Position numbers and translations under genes: made by a program
Shown here: positions 26,836 through 36,216 of the stretch, piece after piece
How positions within the stretch are numbered: position 1 is the first letter of the stretch
Layout: every line of letters begins with the position of its first letter
From: Trueperaceae bacterium
GTDB taxonomy: Bacteria > Deinococcota > Deinococci > Deinococcales > Trueperaceae
Direction of reading: 5' to 3'
DNA: 42,581 nt
NCBI GenBank assembly: GCA_035703635.1
Contig: DASSXV010000043.1
Location: 1 to 42,581, forward strand
Notes under the pieces: generated by a model
Database searches by the model: none
Told to the model about the DNA's origin: nothing
What the model saw: the letters and a program-made list of their open reading frames with translations, nothing else

Positions 26836-27888
26836 GTGGAGCGACGAGTAGGTCACGCACTCGAGCCGGGCCGCCGCGCCAGGCCGCGCATGGCGTTGGT
26901 GTTGCTCCTCTCCGCGCTGGTGCTAGTTGCTGCCCTGGTGCTCGCCGTTAGCCTCGGAAGCGTGAGGGTCGCGCCGGCCGAGATCGTGGCTGCGGCGCTC
27001 AAAGGGATCAACGGCGATGAACTGCTGCCGCTCGACCGGGTCGTATGGCAGTTGAGGTTCCCGCGTGTGCTGCTTGCGGCGTTGGTTGGCGCTGGTCTGG
27101 CGTTGGCAGGCACGATGTTCCAGGGGGTGTTCCGCAACCCGCTCGCAGAGCCGTACCTCATCGGTACGGCGAGCGGTGCAGGCTTCGGTGCCGTGCTTGT
27201 CATGACGCTCGGCGCTACTGTCCCGCTCCTCGCCCGCGTCGGCGCCCCGCTCGTAGCGTTCGCCTTCGCCCTGCTCACCGTTGCCACCGTGCTGTTCCTC
27301 GCGCGCTCAGGCGGCGCTGTCCCGACCGTGCGCTTGATCCTCGCTGGCGTGGTCGTCGGCTCGCTCTTCACGGCCGCCACCTCGTTCCTGCTCGTGGCTG
27401 CCCGCGAGCAGGCAGCCGGCATGCTGGCATGGCTGCTTGGCGGCTTCGGTTTCTCGACCTGGAGTCAGGTGCGCGTCATAGCGCTGTTCACCCTGCCGGC
27501 TTTGGCGTTGGCGGGCGCGTTCGCGCGCGCCCTCGACCTACTTCAGCTCGGGGAGGAGGGCGCGGCGCTCCTCGGCCTCAGCGTCGAACGCGTGAAGCTC
27601 TTACTCCTCGGCGTAGCAACGCTCGTGACGGCCGCTGCCGTCAGCGTCGCGGGCATCATCGGGTTCGTGGGGCTGATCGTGCCGCACGCCGCGCGCATCG
27701 CACTAGGGCGTCCCCACGGACGGCTGCTTCCTACGGCGGCCATCTGGGGCGCCACGTTCATGATCCTGGCAGACCTGCTCGCGCGCCAAGTGATAGCGCC
27801 AGTCGAGGTGCCGGTCGGTATCGTGACCGCGCTCGTCGGTGGGCCGTTCTTCCTGTGGCTCCTCAAGAAGCGGAGCGCGGCAGGATGA
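26836..27888 (+). CDS. btuC: Cobalamin ABC transporter permease (FecCD family)
   Basis: LRFPRVLLAALVG, FRNPLAEPYLIG, GIIGFVGLIVPH, EVPVGIVTALVGGPFFLWLL. Confidence 0.88.
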   Translation: MERRVGHALEPGRRARPRMALVLLLSALVLVAALVLAVSLGSVRVAPAEIVAAALKGINGDELLPLDRVVWQLRFPRVLLAALVGAGLALAGTMFQGVFRNPLAEPYLIGTASGAGFGAVLVMTLGATVPLLARVGAPLVAFAFALLTVATVLFLARSGGAVPTVRLILAGVVVGSLFTAATSFLLVAAREQAAGMLAWLLGGFGFSTWSQVRVIALFTLPALALAGAFARALDLLQLGEEGAALLGLSVERVKLLLLGVATLVTAAAVSVAGIIGFVGLIVPHAARIALGRPHGRLLPTAAIWGATFMILADLLARQVIAPVEVPVGIVTALVGGPFFLWLLKKRSAAG

Positions 27889-28661
27889 TGAGCGGACTCG
27901 TCATCTCAGACGTAACGGTGACGTTCGGCGCGGGAGCCGCGCGCGCCCTCGACGGCGTGAGCCTCGCGGTGAGACCGGGAGAAGTCGTCGGGATCGTCGG
28001 ACCGAACGGGGCAGGCAAGAGCACGGTGCTGCGCGTTCTCACACGGTTGATCGCGCCCAGTTCCGGCGTGGTGACGTTGGCCGGGCAGCCGCTCGCGAGT
28101 TACTCGCGGCTCGGGCTAGCCCGCGAGGTCGCCCTCGTCGAGCAGTCGCCCGAAGTGCCCGTAGGTTTCTTGGCGCGCGAAGTCGTAGCCATGGGGCGCG
28201 CGCCGCACTTGGGGCTGTTCGGTAGCTACCGCAAGCTTGATGACGAGGTAGTCGAGCGCGCCATGGCGGTCACGTCTACGAGCGAGTTCGCTGCTCGGCG
28301 GGTCGAAACGCTCTCCGGCGGTGAACTCCAGCGTGTCGTCTTCGCGCGCGCCGTTGCCCAAGAGCCGAGCTACCTGCTACTAGACGAACCGACCAGCCAC
28401 CTGGACTTGCGTTACCAGGTCGAAGTCATGCGTCATGCCCGCGCGCAGGCGGCGTCCGGCACCGGGGTGCTGCTCGTGGTGCACGACCTCAACCTGGCTG
28501 CCAGGAGCTGCGATCGCCTCGTGCTGTTGGAGGCTGGCAAGATCGTGGCGCTTGGCGCCCCTGACGAGGTTCTCGTGAGCTCAACGCTGGAGCGCGTGTT
28601 CAACACGCCGGTGACCGTGCTCCGTGATGGGCGGTTCCCCGTGATCGTCCCGCGCTTCTAG
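27885..28661 (+). CDS. btuD: Cobalamin ABC transporter ATP-binding protein
   Basis: GPNGAGKST, LSGGELQRV, LLLDEPTSHLD, HDLNLAA; start overlaps the btuC stop (ATGATG). Confidence 0.88.
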   Translation: MMSGLVISDVTVTFGAGAARALDGVSLAVRPGEVVGIVGPNGAGKSTVLRVLTRLIAPSSGVVTLAGQPLASYSRLGLAREVALVEQSPEVPVGFLAREVVAMGRAPHLGLFGSYRKLDDEVVERAMAVTSTSEFAARRVETLSGGELQRVVFARAVAQEPSYLLLDEPTSHLDLRYQVEVMRHARAQAASGTGVLLVVHDLNLAARSCDRLVLLEAGKIVALGAPDEVLVSSTLERVFNTPVTVLRDGRFPVIVPRF

Positions 28662-28675
28662 CGCGCTAGGCGCGG

Positions 28676-29821
28676 TCAGAACACGCTAGGTGGGTCGAAG
28701 ATGCGCCTGACTTTGATCGCCAGCTCGTAGTAGTCGACCACCGCCTGCGTGGCCGCGCGCCAACCGAACTGCTCCATGTCGGCGCGCGCCCTGGCGCCGA
28801 GCCGTCGCCGCCTCGCAGGATCGTGGAGGAGCTCGCGGAGTTTCTCGGTGAGGTCACCCAAGTCGCCTGGCGTGAAGAGCAGGCCGTTCTCACCGTCGTT
28901 GATGACGTCTGGTATGCCGCCGGCGCGCGCGCCGACGGAAGGTACTCCGGACGCCATGGCCTCCATGGCGACGAAGCCGAGCGTCTCGGTGTCTGATGGG
29001 AACGCGAAGACGTCGGAACTCGCGTAGGCAGCAGCTAACTCGAGGCCGGACATGTAGCCGGTGAAGACGGTGTTGGTGCCCTTGAAGCGGCGCTTGAGGT
29101 CGGCTTCGGCTGGGCCAGAGCCGACCAGCGCCAGTCGCGCACCTGGAATCTGCGTGACGGGCGCGTAAAGCCAATCGAGGCGCTTCTCGAACGAGAGCCT
29201 GCCAACGTACGTCATGAGGGGCGCTTCTGGGTGGCCGCCCGTCAGGAGGGAGCGCATGGCCTGCGTGCGCCGCTCCGGGCGGAAGAGGTCGGTGTCTACC
29301 GCCTTGGGCCAGAGTCGCACGCGGCGTATGCCGAGAGCGCGCGCCGACTTCACCATCGGCACGCTGGTGCAGAGGTTCACGTGCGCCTGGTTGTGCACGT
29401 CGCGCAGGAAGCGCCGTGAGGGCTCCTGTAAAAGCGGCAGCTTGAGGTGAAGCGCGTACTGCGTGATGTCGGTGTGGTAGCTCGCCAGGAGGGGCAAGTT
29501 GCGTTGCTTCGCCAAGGCCGTGCCCCACAGTCCGAGCACGACGGGGTTGACAACGTGCACGACGTCCGGCTGAAAGCGGTCCAGTTCGCGTCCGAGCCGC
29601 GGCCGTGGCAAGCCAAGGAAGAGTTCCGGATACCACGGCCTGAAGGGCAACGCAGGGACCCGCACCACGCGGTGCCCTGCGTATGAAGGTGGCGGGTCGT
29701 GGGGCGCGAAGATGAGCACCTCATGCCCGAGCACCGCCAACTGTTCGAGGGTGCGCGTTATGCGCGTCACCACCCCGTCTACCTTCGGCAGGAAGACCTC
29801 GGTGAAGAGCGCGATCTTCAT
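28676..29821 (-). CDS. sqdX: GT4 glycosyltransferase, sulfoquinovosyldiacylglycerol synthase-like
   Basis: MKIALFTEVFLPKVDGVVTR, HVVNPVVLG, ASYHT, HNQAHVNLCTS, FPSDTETLG match my recollection of cyanobacterial SqdX; directly follows sqdB. Confidence 0.85.
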   Translation of the reverse strand: MKIALFTEVFLPKVDGVVTRITRTLEQLAVLGHEVLIFAPHDPPPSYAGHRVVRVPALPFRPWYPELFLGLPRPRLGRELDRFQPDVVHVVNPVVLGLWGTALAKQRNLPLLASYHTDITQYALHLKLPLLQEPSRRFLRDVHNQAHVNLCTSVPMVKSARALGIRRVRLWPKAVDTDLFRPERRTQAMRSLLTGGHPEAPLMTYVGRLSFEKRLDWLYAPVTQIPGARLALVGSGPAEADLKRRFKGTNTVFTGYMSGLELAAAYASSDVFAFPSDTETLGFVAMEAMASGVPSVGARAGGIPDVINDGENGLLFTPGDLGDLTEKLRELLHDPARRRRLGARARADMEQFGWRAATQAVVDYYELAIKVRRIFDPPSVF

Positions 29822-29837
29822 GCCGCGACCGTGTGGA

Positions 29838-31055
29838 TCAGGCTTTGCCGACCGCTTCTGTGGCCGCTAGTGCCGGGTCGCCTGGGCGGTTCTCGCGCGT
29901 CCAGGTGCTGGTAGCCGGGATCTTGCTGGGGTCGGCGCGGTCGGCGTACTTGCGGGCCACGTCCGTCACTTCCGTTAGCAGGCCCGCTTCCAGCGTCGTC
30001 GGCTGCAGTCCGAGGTCGAGGAACAGGTCGTTGCGCACGAACAGGTCGTTCTCAGCGTCCTCACGGCGCGGGTTGGGCGTGAACGCGACCTGGCAGCCGG
30101 TTAGCTCGGAGATCATGTTCGCGAGGTCGCGTACCCGGTGCGTTTCGGTCATCTGGTTGAGGATCTTCACGCGTTCGCCGCGCGCCGGTGGGTTCTCGAG
30201 GGCCAGCTGTACGCACTTGACCGTGTCGGTGATGTGGATGAACGCGCGTGTTTGCCCGCCTGTGCCGTGCACTGTGAGTGGGTAGCCGACGGCCGCCTGC
30301 ATGAGGAAGCGGTTCAGCACCGTTCCGTAATCGCCGTCGTAATCGAAGCGGTTGATGAGGCGCTCGTCGAGGTTCGTCTCTGGCGTGTTCGTGCCCCACA
30401 CGATGCCCTGGTGTAGATCCGTGATCCGCAGGCGGTCGTTCTTGGCGTAGTAAGCGAAGAGGATCTGGTCGAGGGACTTGGTCATGTGATAGATGCTGCC
30501 CGGGTTGGTCGGGTAGAGGACTTCCTGGCTGACCTTGCGCCCATCGTCCGTCGTGATCTCGATGGCCAAGTAACCCTCAGGGATCTTCATGCCAGCCGTG
30601 CCGTAGCCGTAGACGCCCATGGTGCCAAGGTGGGCGAGGTGGATGTCCTGGCCGCTCTCGACGACCGCCGCGAGCAAGTTGTTGGTGGCGTTGACGTTGT
30701 TGTCGACCGTGTAGCGCTTGTTGCGGCTGCTCTTCATCGAGTACGGCGCGGCGCGCTGCTCGGCGAAGTGCACGACGGCGTTCGGGCGCTCACGCTCGAG
30801 CAGGGCGAGTAGCCCAGCGTAGTCTTGCGCGACGTCGAGGTTGACGAAGTCGATGACCTTGCCTGTCAGTTCCCGCCACGCCTTGAGGCGGACGCCCATC
30901 GGCTGGATGGGGGTGAGGCTGCCTGCCTCGAGTTCGTTGTCGATGTCGCGCCGGGAGAGGTTGTCGACTATGACCACTTCGTGCCCGAGGTTGCTCAAGT
31001 GTAGACTGGTCGGCCAACCGCAGAAGCCGTCTCCGCCGAGGATAAGCACCTTCAT
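29838..31055 (-). CDS. sqdB: UDP-sulfoquinovose synthase
   Basis: GGDGFCGWPTSLHLS, HFAEQRAAPYSM, HLGTMGVYG, YHMTK, TDLHQGIVWG, RFDYDGDYGTVLNRF. Confidence 0.95.
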   Translation of the reverse strand: MKVLILGGDGFCGWPTSLHLSNLGHEVVIVDNLSRRDIDNELEAGSLTPIQPMGVRLKAWRELTGKVIDFVNLDVAQDYAGLLALLERERPNAVVHFAEQRAAPYSMKSSRNKRYTVDNNVNATNNLLAAVVESGQDIHLAHLGTMGVYGYGTAGMKIPEGYLAIEITTDDGRKVSQEVLYPTNPGSIYHMTKSLDQILFAYYAKNDRLRITDLHQGIVWGTNTPETNLDERLINRFDYDGDYGTVLNRFLMQAAVGYPLTVHGTGGQTRAFIHITDTVKCVQLALENPPARGERVKILNQMTETHRVRDLANMISELTGCQVAFTPNPRREDAENDLFVRNDLFLDLGLQPTTLEAGLLTEVTDVARKYADRADPSKIPATSTWTRENRPGDPALAATEAVGKA

Positions 31056-31167
31056 AATTCGCCTCCGAAGAGCGCACCCGGCAGCCAGGGCCGCTGGGCA
31101 CGCGAGTGCGCCCAGTCTAGCACCGGTCGCGCGTTGGTTCCGCCGTCACCCGCCCTACGGGGCGGCT

Positions 31168-32382
31168 CTACGGGCGAATGACGCCCTCTTTGGCGCGGCG
31201 CTTCAGTTCGCGTAGGCGCCGCTGGAACAGCCGCGTGCGGTACGCCTCCGCTCCGGCATGCCACGCGCTTGGTTTCAAGAACGAGCCGATGACGGCGGCG
31301 GCGATGAACGGCGGGTGCATGAGAGACCACCACAGGGTGCTGAGGCCCCATAGGTCGCGCCGGTCCCAGTGGCGCGTGCCGATGCCCATCCCGACGAACT
31401 CGATGGCCGCCTTCGCGAGCCACAAGCCAAGCACCCAAGGTGTCAGTCCAGGCAGGACGAAACACAGCAGGGCGGTAAGCGTGAGGAGGACGCTCTGCAG
31501 CCCAAGCACCGCGATGCCCGCCAGGAAGCCAGGGTGGTAGTGGAGCACGTGGTGGTAGCGGCTCACCCAGCGCCGACGTTGCCTTACGAGGTCGGGCGCC
31601 GTTGCCACCCCGCTAGTGACCACGCGACACTCGGGGGCGTCTGCGAACACGACGCGCGCCCCAGGCAAGCGACCGAGTTTTTGGGTGAGGAGGTCCTCGT
31701 CGCCGCTAGGCGCCCTACCCGCCGCACCGAAGCCGCCAACGGCCTCGAACGCGGACCTGCGGTACGCGAGGTTGTTGGCGCTGCTCGCGTACTTGAGGCC
31801 GAAACGCGTGAGGCTGCGAGACACGAGCATGAGCGTGAACCAATCGATGGACTCGAAGCGCTGGAGTAGCGAACGAGCGGCGCCGCGCCTGCTGGTGCTC
31901 ACGTAACCAGCGACCATGACGACGTCGTCGACGAAGTGAGCGGCCATGCCGGCCACCCAGGAGGGGTCGTGAGTGCAGTCGGCGTCCGTCGCCAATATCA
32001 GCTCACCCGTGGTCGCCTTGATGCCGTGGTCCACGGCGTTCACTTTCGGCGCTAGGCGCCTGCTCGGCTGGGTGATGGCCACGAGCCGAAAGCGCGGGTC
32101 GCTGGCGACGAAACTCTCGACGAGCGCCCGCGTGCCGTCCGTTGAGCGGTCGTCGATCACCACGAACTCGATGGGCCCCGCGTAGTTCTGAGCGGCTAGT
32201 GAGGCGAGGGTGCGCGGCAACGTGCGCTCCTCGTTGTGTGCTGGCAGGATCACGCTGACTGCAGGCGTAGCGCCGGTGCGCTTGAGTTCGCTGCGCCGTA
32301 GGGCACCGACGATGACCATGACCATCAGCCACAGGTACGGCAGCTCGGCGAGGTAGAGCGCGATGATGATGGCCGTCTGCAC
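31168..32382 (-). CDS. Membrane GT2 family glycosyltransferase
   Basis: VSVILPAHNEE, IDDRSTDGT, TDADC, GDEDLL, QRRRW; N- and C-terminal TM segments. Confidence 0.9.
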   Translation of the reverse strand: MQTAIIIALYLAELPYLWLMVMVIVGALRRSELKRTGATPAVSVILPAHNEERTLPRTLASLAAQNYAGPIEFVVIDDRSTDGTRALVESFVASDPRFRLVAITQPSRRLAPKVNAVDHGIKATTGELILATDADCTHDPSWVAGMAAHFVDDVVMVAGYVSTSRRGAARSLLQRFESIDWFTLMLVSRSLTRFGLKYASSANNLAYRRSAFEAVGGFGAAGRAPSGDEDLLTQKLGRLPGARVVFADAPECRVVTSGVATAPDLVRQRRRWVSRYHHVLHYHPGFLAGIAVLGLQSVLLTLTALLCFVLPGLTPWVLGLWLAKAAIEFVGMGIGTRHWDRRDLWGLSTLWWSLMHPPFIAAAVIGSFLKPSAWHAGAEAYRTRLFQRRLRELKRRAKEGVIRP

Positions 32383-32534
32383 TGCCTAACCCTCCTCCAA
32401 GAGTCGAGGCCAATGCTAACACCGGCCGTGAGCGGCCCGAGCCCCGCGACGGCCTAACAGCACGGCGGCGACCACGGCGCCCACTTCCCCTGGCGGCGAC
32501 GGGCGTCGCGGGAACGCGGGGTTAGGCTACGGCG

Positions 32535-34862
32535 GTGCCAAAGCCCGCCGACCAGAGCTTCCACGCCTTCCTCACACAACTGGATTCTTACGAGGGTCAA
32601 GTGGCGGCGTACCAGTTCATGCCGCCGCGCAAGGGGGAGGTCGAGGCCGACTACCGCGGGCCTTTCGCTGAACTCCTCGAGCGGGTAGGCATCAGGCCGT
32701 ATGCCCACCAGGCGCGCGCCTTCGAAGCCGTGGGGCACGGCCGCGACGTAGTGGTAGCCACCGCCACCGCCTCCGGCAAGTCTTTGACGTTCCAGGTGCC
32801 AGTGTTGGCCGCTCTCGCGCGGGGGCGCACGAGCCTACTGCTTTACCCCACGAAGGCCTTGGCGGCGGATCAACTCCTCAAGCTCCGCGGCCTCGCGACG
32901 ACCGCCATAGGTGGCGACAGGGCGAGCGCCATCGACCTGTATGACGGCGATACCGCCGCTGAACGCCGTGCCGGCGTGCGCGCCGCTGCTGGCGTGCTAC
33001 TTACCAACCCGGACATGCTGCACTACGGCATCTTGCCGCACCACACGGTCTGGGCCGGGTTCCTTGGCGCGCTCGACTACATCGTGCTTGACGAACTGCA
33101 CGCCTACCGTGGCGTGCACGGGTCGCATGTTGCCAACGTCGTGCGGCGCCTACTGCGCATGGCTGAGCGCTACGGCGCCGAGCCGCGAGTAATCGCGGCG
33201 TCAGCGACCATCGGTAACCCGGGCGTCCACGCCGAGCGCCTCGCGGGTCGACCGTTCGAACTCGTCGACGAGGACTGGGCGCCGAGCGGAGCCCGCGAGT
33301 TCGTCATGTGGCGACCTGCCGCCGTCGGAGGGGTGCACGCTCAACCGGAGGAGCTTGCCGGCGGCGCGCGCAGACGCTCGGCGAACTCAGAGGCGGCCTC
33401 CCTAGCGGCGGAGTTCGTCAGGCAGGACATCAAGAGCATCTTCTTCTGCAACTCGCGCAAGGGCGCCGAGTTGGTGAGGCGCTACGCTGCCGGCTTGCTC
33501 GGACCGGCGCTCGAGGGGCGCATCGAGAGCTACCGCGCTGGCTACACGCCAGAAGCGCGGCGTTCGCTGGAGGACTCGTTCCGCTCCGGCGCCATCACCG
33601 TGCTAACGAGCACTAGCGCCCTCGAACTCGGCGTCGACATCGGTGGGGTAGACGCGGTCGTGCTCGTCGGTTATCCAGGCTCCAAGATGGCCATGTGGCA
33701 GCGCTCTGGCCGTGCCGGGCGAGCCGGCGGTCGCGCTCTAACGCTGCTGATTCCCGGCGCCGATCCGCTTGACGAGTACTACTTTACGCACCCAGATGCG
33801 CTCATCGACGGGCCAGTAGAGGACGCCGTTGCCGACCCGTTCAACGACGTGCTGCATCCGCGCCACGTGGTGTGCGCTGCCGCGGAGGCGCCGCTCTCGC
33901 CGCAGGAACGACTGATCGCACCGTGGTTGGACCTAGCAGCGGTCGAGGGCTTGGTGCAACTGCGTAACGGCACGTACGCCAGCCAACGGCGCTACCCGCA
34001 CCGGCGCGTAGAACTAAGGGGCGGCAGTGGCAAGCGCATCCGCTTGAAGGACGGCAACGGCCGCTCGCTCGGCGTAACGGACCTAGCGACCGCTCTGCGA
34101 GAGCTCCACCCTGGCGCGGTCCACCTGCACAGGGGTGAGCAGTACCTCGTCGTCGAGCTCGACTTGGTGGCGGGCGTCGCCCGCCTCCTACCGCACATCG
34201 AGGACTACTACACGCAGCCGCGCTCGGAGACGGACATCGAGATTCTCGGGCCGCTGCCACCGCGAGCAGCCCAAGCTGGCGAGGTGGTGGCGCCGCCCCC
34301 CGGCGTCAACATCGCGCGGGTGCGGGTGACGCATAACGTGACAGGGTTCGTGAGGAAGCGCTTCTTCAGCGAGTCGATCCTCGACGAGCGGCCACTCGAC
34401 CTACCTGAGGTGGCGTACGACACGCAGGCTCTCTGGTTCGAACTGACTGACCTGCCTGGCGCGCCGGGCTCGGCCGAGTTGCCGGCGGCGATGCACGCGC
34501 TCGAGCACACCTTGATCGGCCTCCTGCCCGCGTTCGTGCTCTGCGAGCGCGCCGACGTCGGGGGCGTGTCCTACCCGAGCTACCCAGGCTCTCTGCGGCC
34601 GACGGTGTTCATCTACGACGGGCATCCAGGCGGTGTCGGCTACGCCCGGGCGGGCGCTTCGCTCTTCGAGAGTTGGCTGGCTGCCGCGCTGCAACTCCTC
34701 CAGGCGTGCCCGTGCAAGGGCGGTTGCCCGCGCTGCGTGTTGTCACCGAAGTGCGGTAACGGCAATCAGTTCCTCGACAAGGCGGGTGCTGCCCAACTGG
34801 CCAAGGCGCTGCAGGCCGCCCTGGCTGCCGCCAAACCTTACGCTGCGACCGTAAGCGCCTAG
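32535..34862 (+). CDS. DEAD/DEAH box helicase with DUF1998 zinc domain (MrfA/Hrq1/SftH-like)
   Basis: TATASGKSL, YPTKALAADQ, TNPDMLH, DELHAYRG, TSALELGVDIG, QRSGRAGR, IYDGHPGGVG, CPCKGGCPRCVLSPKC. Confidence 0.93.
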   Translation: MPKPADQSFHAFLTQLDSYEGQVAAYQFMPPRKGEVEADYRGPFAELLERVGIRPYAHQARAFEAVGHGRDVVVATATASGKSLTFQVPVLAALARGRTSLLLYPTKALAADQLLKLRGLATTAIGGDRASAIDLYDGDTAAERRAGVRAAAGVLLTNPDMLHYGILPHHTVWAGFLGALDYIVLDELHAYRGVHGSHVANVVRRLLRMAERYGAEPRVIAASATIGNPGVHAERLAGRPFELVDEDWAPSGAREFVMWRPAAVGGVHAQPEELAGGARRRSANSEAASLAAEFVRQDIKSIFFCNSRKGAELVRRYAAGLLGPALEGRIESYRAGYTPEARRSLEDSFRSGAITVLTSTSALELGVDIGGVDAVVLVGYPGSKMAMWQRSGRAGRAGGRALTLLIPGADPLDEYYFTHPDALIDGPVEDAVADPFNDVLHPRHVVCAAAEAPLSPQERLIAPWLDLAAVEGLVQLRNGTYASQRRYPHRRVELRGGSGKRIRLKDGNGRSLGVTDLATALRELHPGAVHLHRGEQYLVVELDLVAGVARLLPHIEDYYTQPRSETDIEILGPLPPRAAQAGEVVAPPPGVNIARVRVTHNVTGFVRKRFFSESILDERPLDLPEVAYDTQALWFELTDLPGAPGSAELPAAMHALEHTLIGLLPAFVLCERADVGGVSYPSYPGSLRPTVFIYDGHPGGVGYARAGASLFESWLAAALQLLQACPCKGGCPRCVLSPKCGNGNQFLDKAGAAQLAKALQAALAAAKPYAATVSA

Positions 34863-34912
34863 ATGGGTGCAAGCGCGCGGTACGTCGCGCGCGGATGCTA
34901 GACTCCCAGGTC

Positions 34913-35782
34913 GTGCGTGTAGGTTTCGTTACGCAACTCAACTGGCGCCGCTACGGGCACTTCTGGCTGGAACTCGTGCGCGCCGCGGGGCTCGAGCCCG
35001 TGTTCGCCGACCCGGCGCTGGTGAGAGAGCACTACCTTGGCACTGAGCTTGACGGCGTGCCGACGCTCGCCTTCCGCCTGGCGGCGGCCCAGGCACTGGC
35101 GCTTGGTGACGCTGGTGTCGGGTCGATCGTCGTACCTGAACTAGTGCGCGAGAGTGACGTTACTCGCGGGGCTGGACAAGATCAGTGGATCATGGACTTC
35201 GCGGCCAGCCTGCGCGCGGCCGTGCCTGGCCTCCGCCCATTGCGCTCGGTGCCTAGCTCGTTCGGCCCGGACCTAGAGTCGCGTGCCGTCGAGTTCCTGC
35301 AGGCGCTCAACCACGAACTCCCACTAGTGCGGCGCGCGCTTGACCGTGCCCGGCCGCACGCGCGGCCGCTGCGTCACGACTCACCCAACTTGACGGTGCT
35401 GCCTGGCGAGAGCCGCACGATCGCCGTGCTTGGCCAGCCGTGGCTCGTGACGGACGCCCTTGTTGCGCTTGCGACGCAGCCTGGAGAGCACCTGGTTGGG
35501 CAGCACCGACTGAACCCTGACGAGATCCTGGCGGAGGGCGTGCGCGCCTCAGGGCGTTTGGTCGACAGTGACGCGGAAGTGCTCGGAGCCGCGCGCCTGC
35601 TCGGCCGCCGTGCTGCGGTCGCGTCCCTGCGTCTCGTGGTGGACGGCGACTCCGGTTCTGACGCCTGGTTGGCGAAGCGCGTGCAACAGGGCGCCCACAA
35701 GCCCCTCGAGGTCGTAACGCTCCAGGAGTTGCTCGGCGACCGCGACCCCGTCGACGCGCTCCTCGCAGCCCGGCTAGACTGA
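34913..35782 (+). CDS. Hypothetical protein, possibly distantly related to acyl-CoA dehydratase activase-associated DUF2229 domains
   Basis: Long ORF with genome-typical codon use; GTG start after TGcTAGACT; MRVGFVTQLNWRRYGHFW and IAVLGQPWLV segments. Confidence 0.6.
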   Translation: MRVGFVTQLNWRRYGHFWLELVRAAGLEPVFADPALVREHYLGTELDGVPTLAFRLAAAQALALGDAGVGSIVVPELVRESDVTRGAGQDQWIMDFAASLRAAVPGLRPLRSVPSSFGPDLESRAVEFLQALNHELPLVRRALDRARPHARPLRHDSPNLTVLPGESRTIAVLGQPWLVTDALVALATQPGEHLVGQHRLNPDEILAEGVRASGRLVDSDAEVLGAARLLGRRAAVASLRLVVDGDSGSDAWLAKRVQQGAHKPLEVVTLQELLGDRDPVDALLAARLD

Positions 35783-35786
35783 CAGC

Positions 35787-36104
35787 GTGCACATAGTGCT
35801 GATGCTGGTGGCGTTGGCCATGGTCGTGGTCAATGCGTTCGGGGCTTGGTCGGTAAGTCGCCGCAAACCGGCGGTATCGCAGCTGTTCCTTGGCGCGTCC
35901 ATGGTGCTGGTCGTTGCGATGGTGGCTTATGGGTTCCGCGACGAGGTCGCCTGGTGGTTTCTGCTAGCCGGCGCCGTCCTCAGCTTCCTCGCCTCCTTCC
36001 TGAACGCGCGTCTTGTCATCGGCAAGGTCGTGTGGCAGTACCACCTGGTGCGCGCGGCGGTGCTCGTCGCCGTGTTGGTCGCCGCACGCCTGTTGCTTGG
36101 CTAG
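35787..36104 (+). CDS. Small four-TM membrane protein of unknown function
   Basis: Four hydrophobic segments; TAGACT 6 nt before the GTG. Confidence 0.75.
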   Translation: MHIVLMLVALAMVVVNAFGAWSVSRRKPAVSQLFLGASMVLVVAMVAYGFRDEVAWWFLLAGAVLSFLASFLNARLVIGKVVWQYHLVRAAVLVAVLVAARLLLG

Positions 36105-36216
36105 CCGCAGGCTCCGCTCTTAGGCGGTAACTGGGAGAAGTTGCACGCCCAAGCGCAACGCGCGGGCGATATCATCCGCTATCACTTACACATCAACGAA
36201 GTAGTAGGAGGTAGCC

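Noticed and set aside
27045-27884. 538-aa ORF suggesting a fused or frameshifted btuD
   Set aside because: The first 280 codons are an alternative frame of btuC; btuD starts at the ATGATG overlap.
32535-34862. DISARM/Druantia-type defence system
   Set aside because: No partner defence genes are present, and the context is housekeeping.
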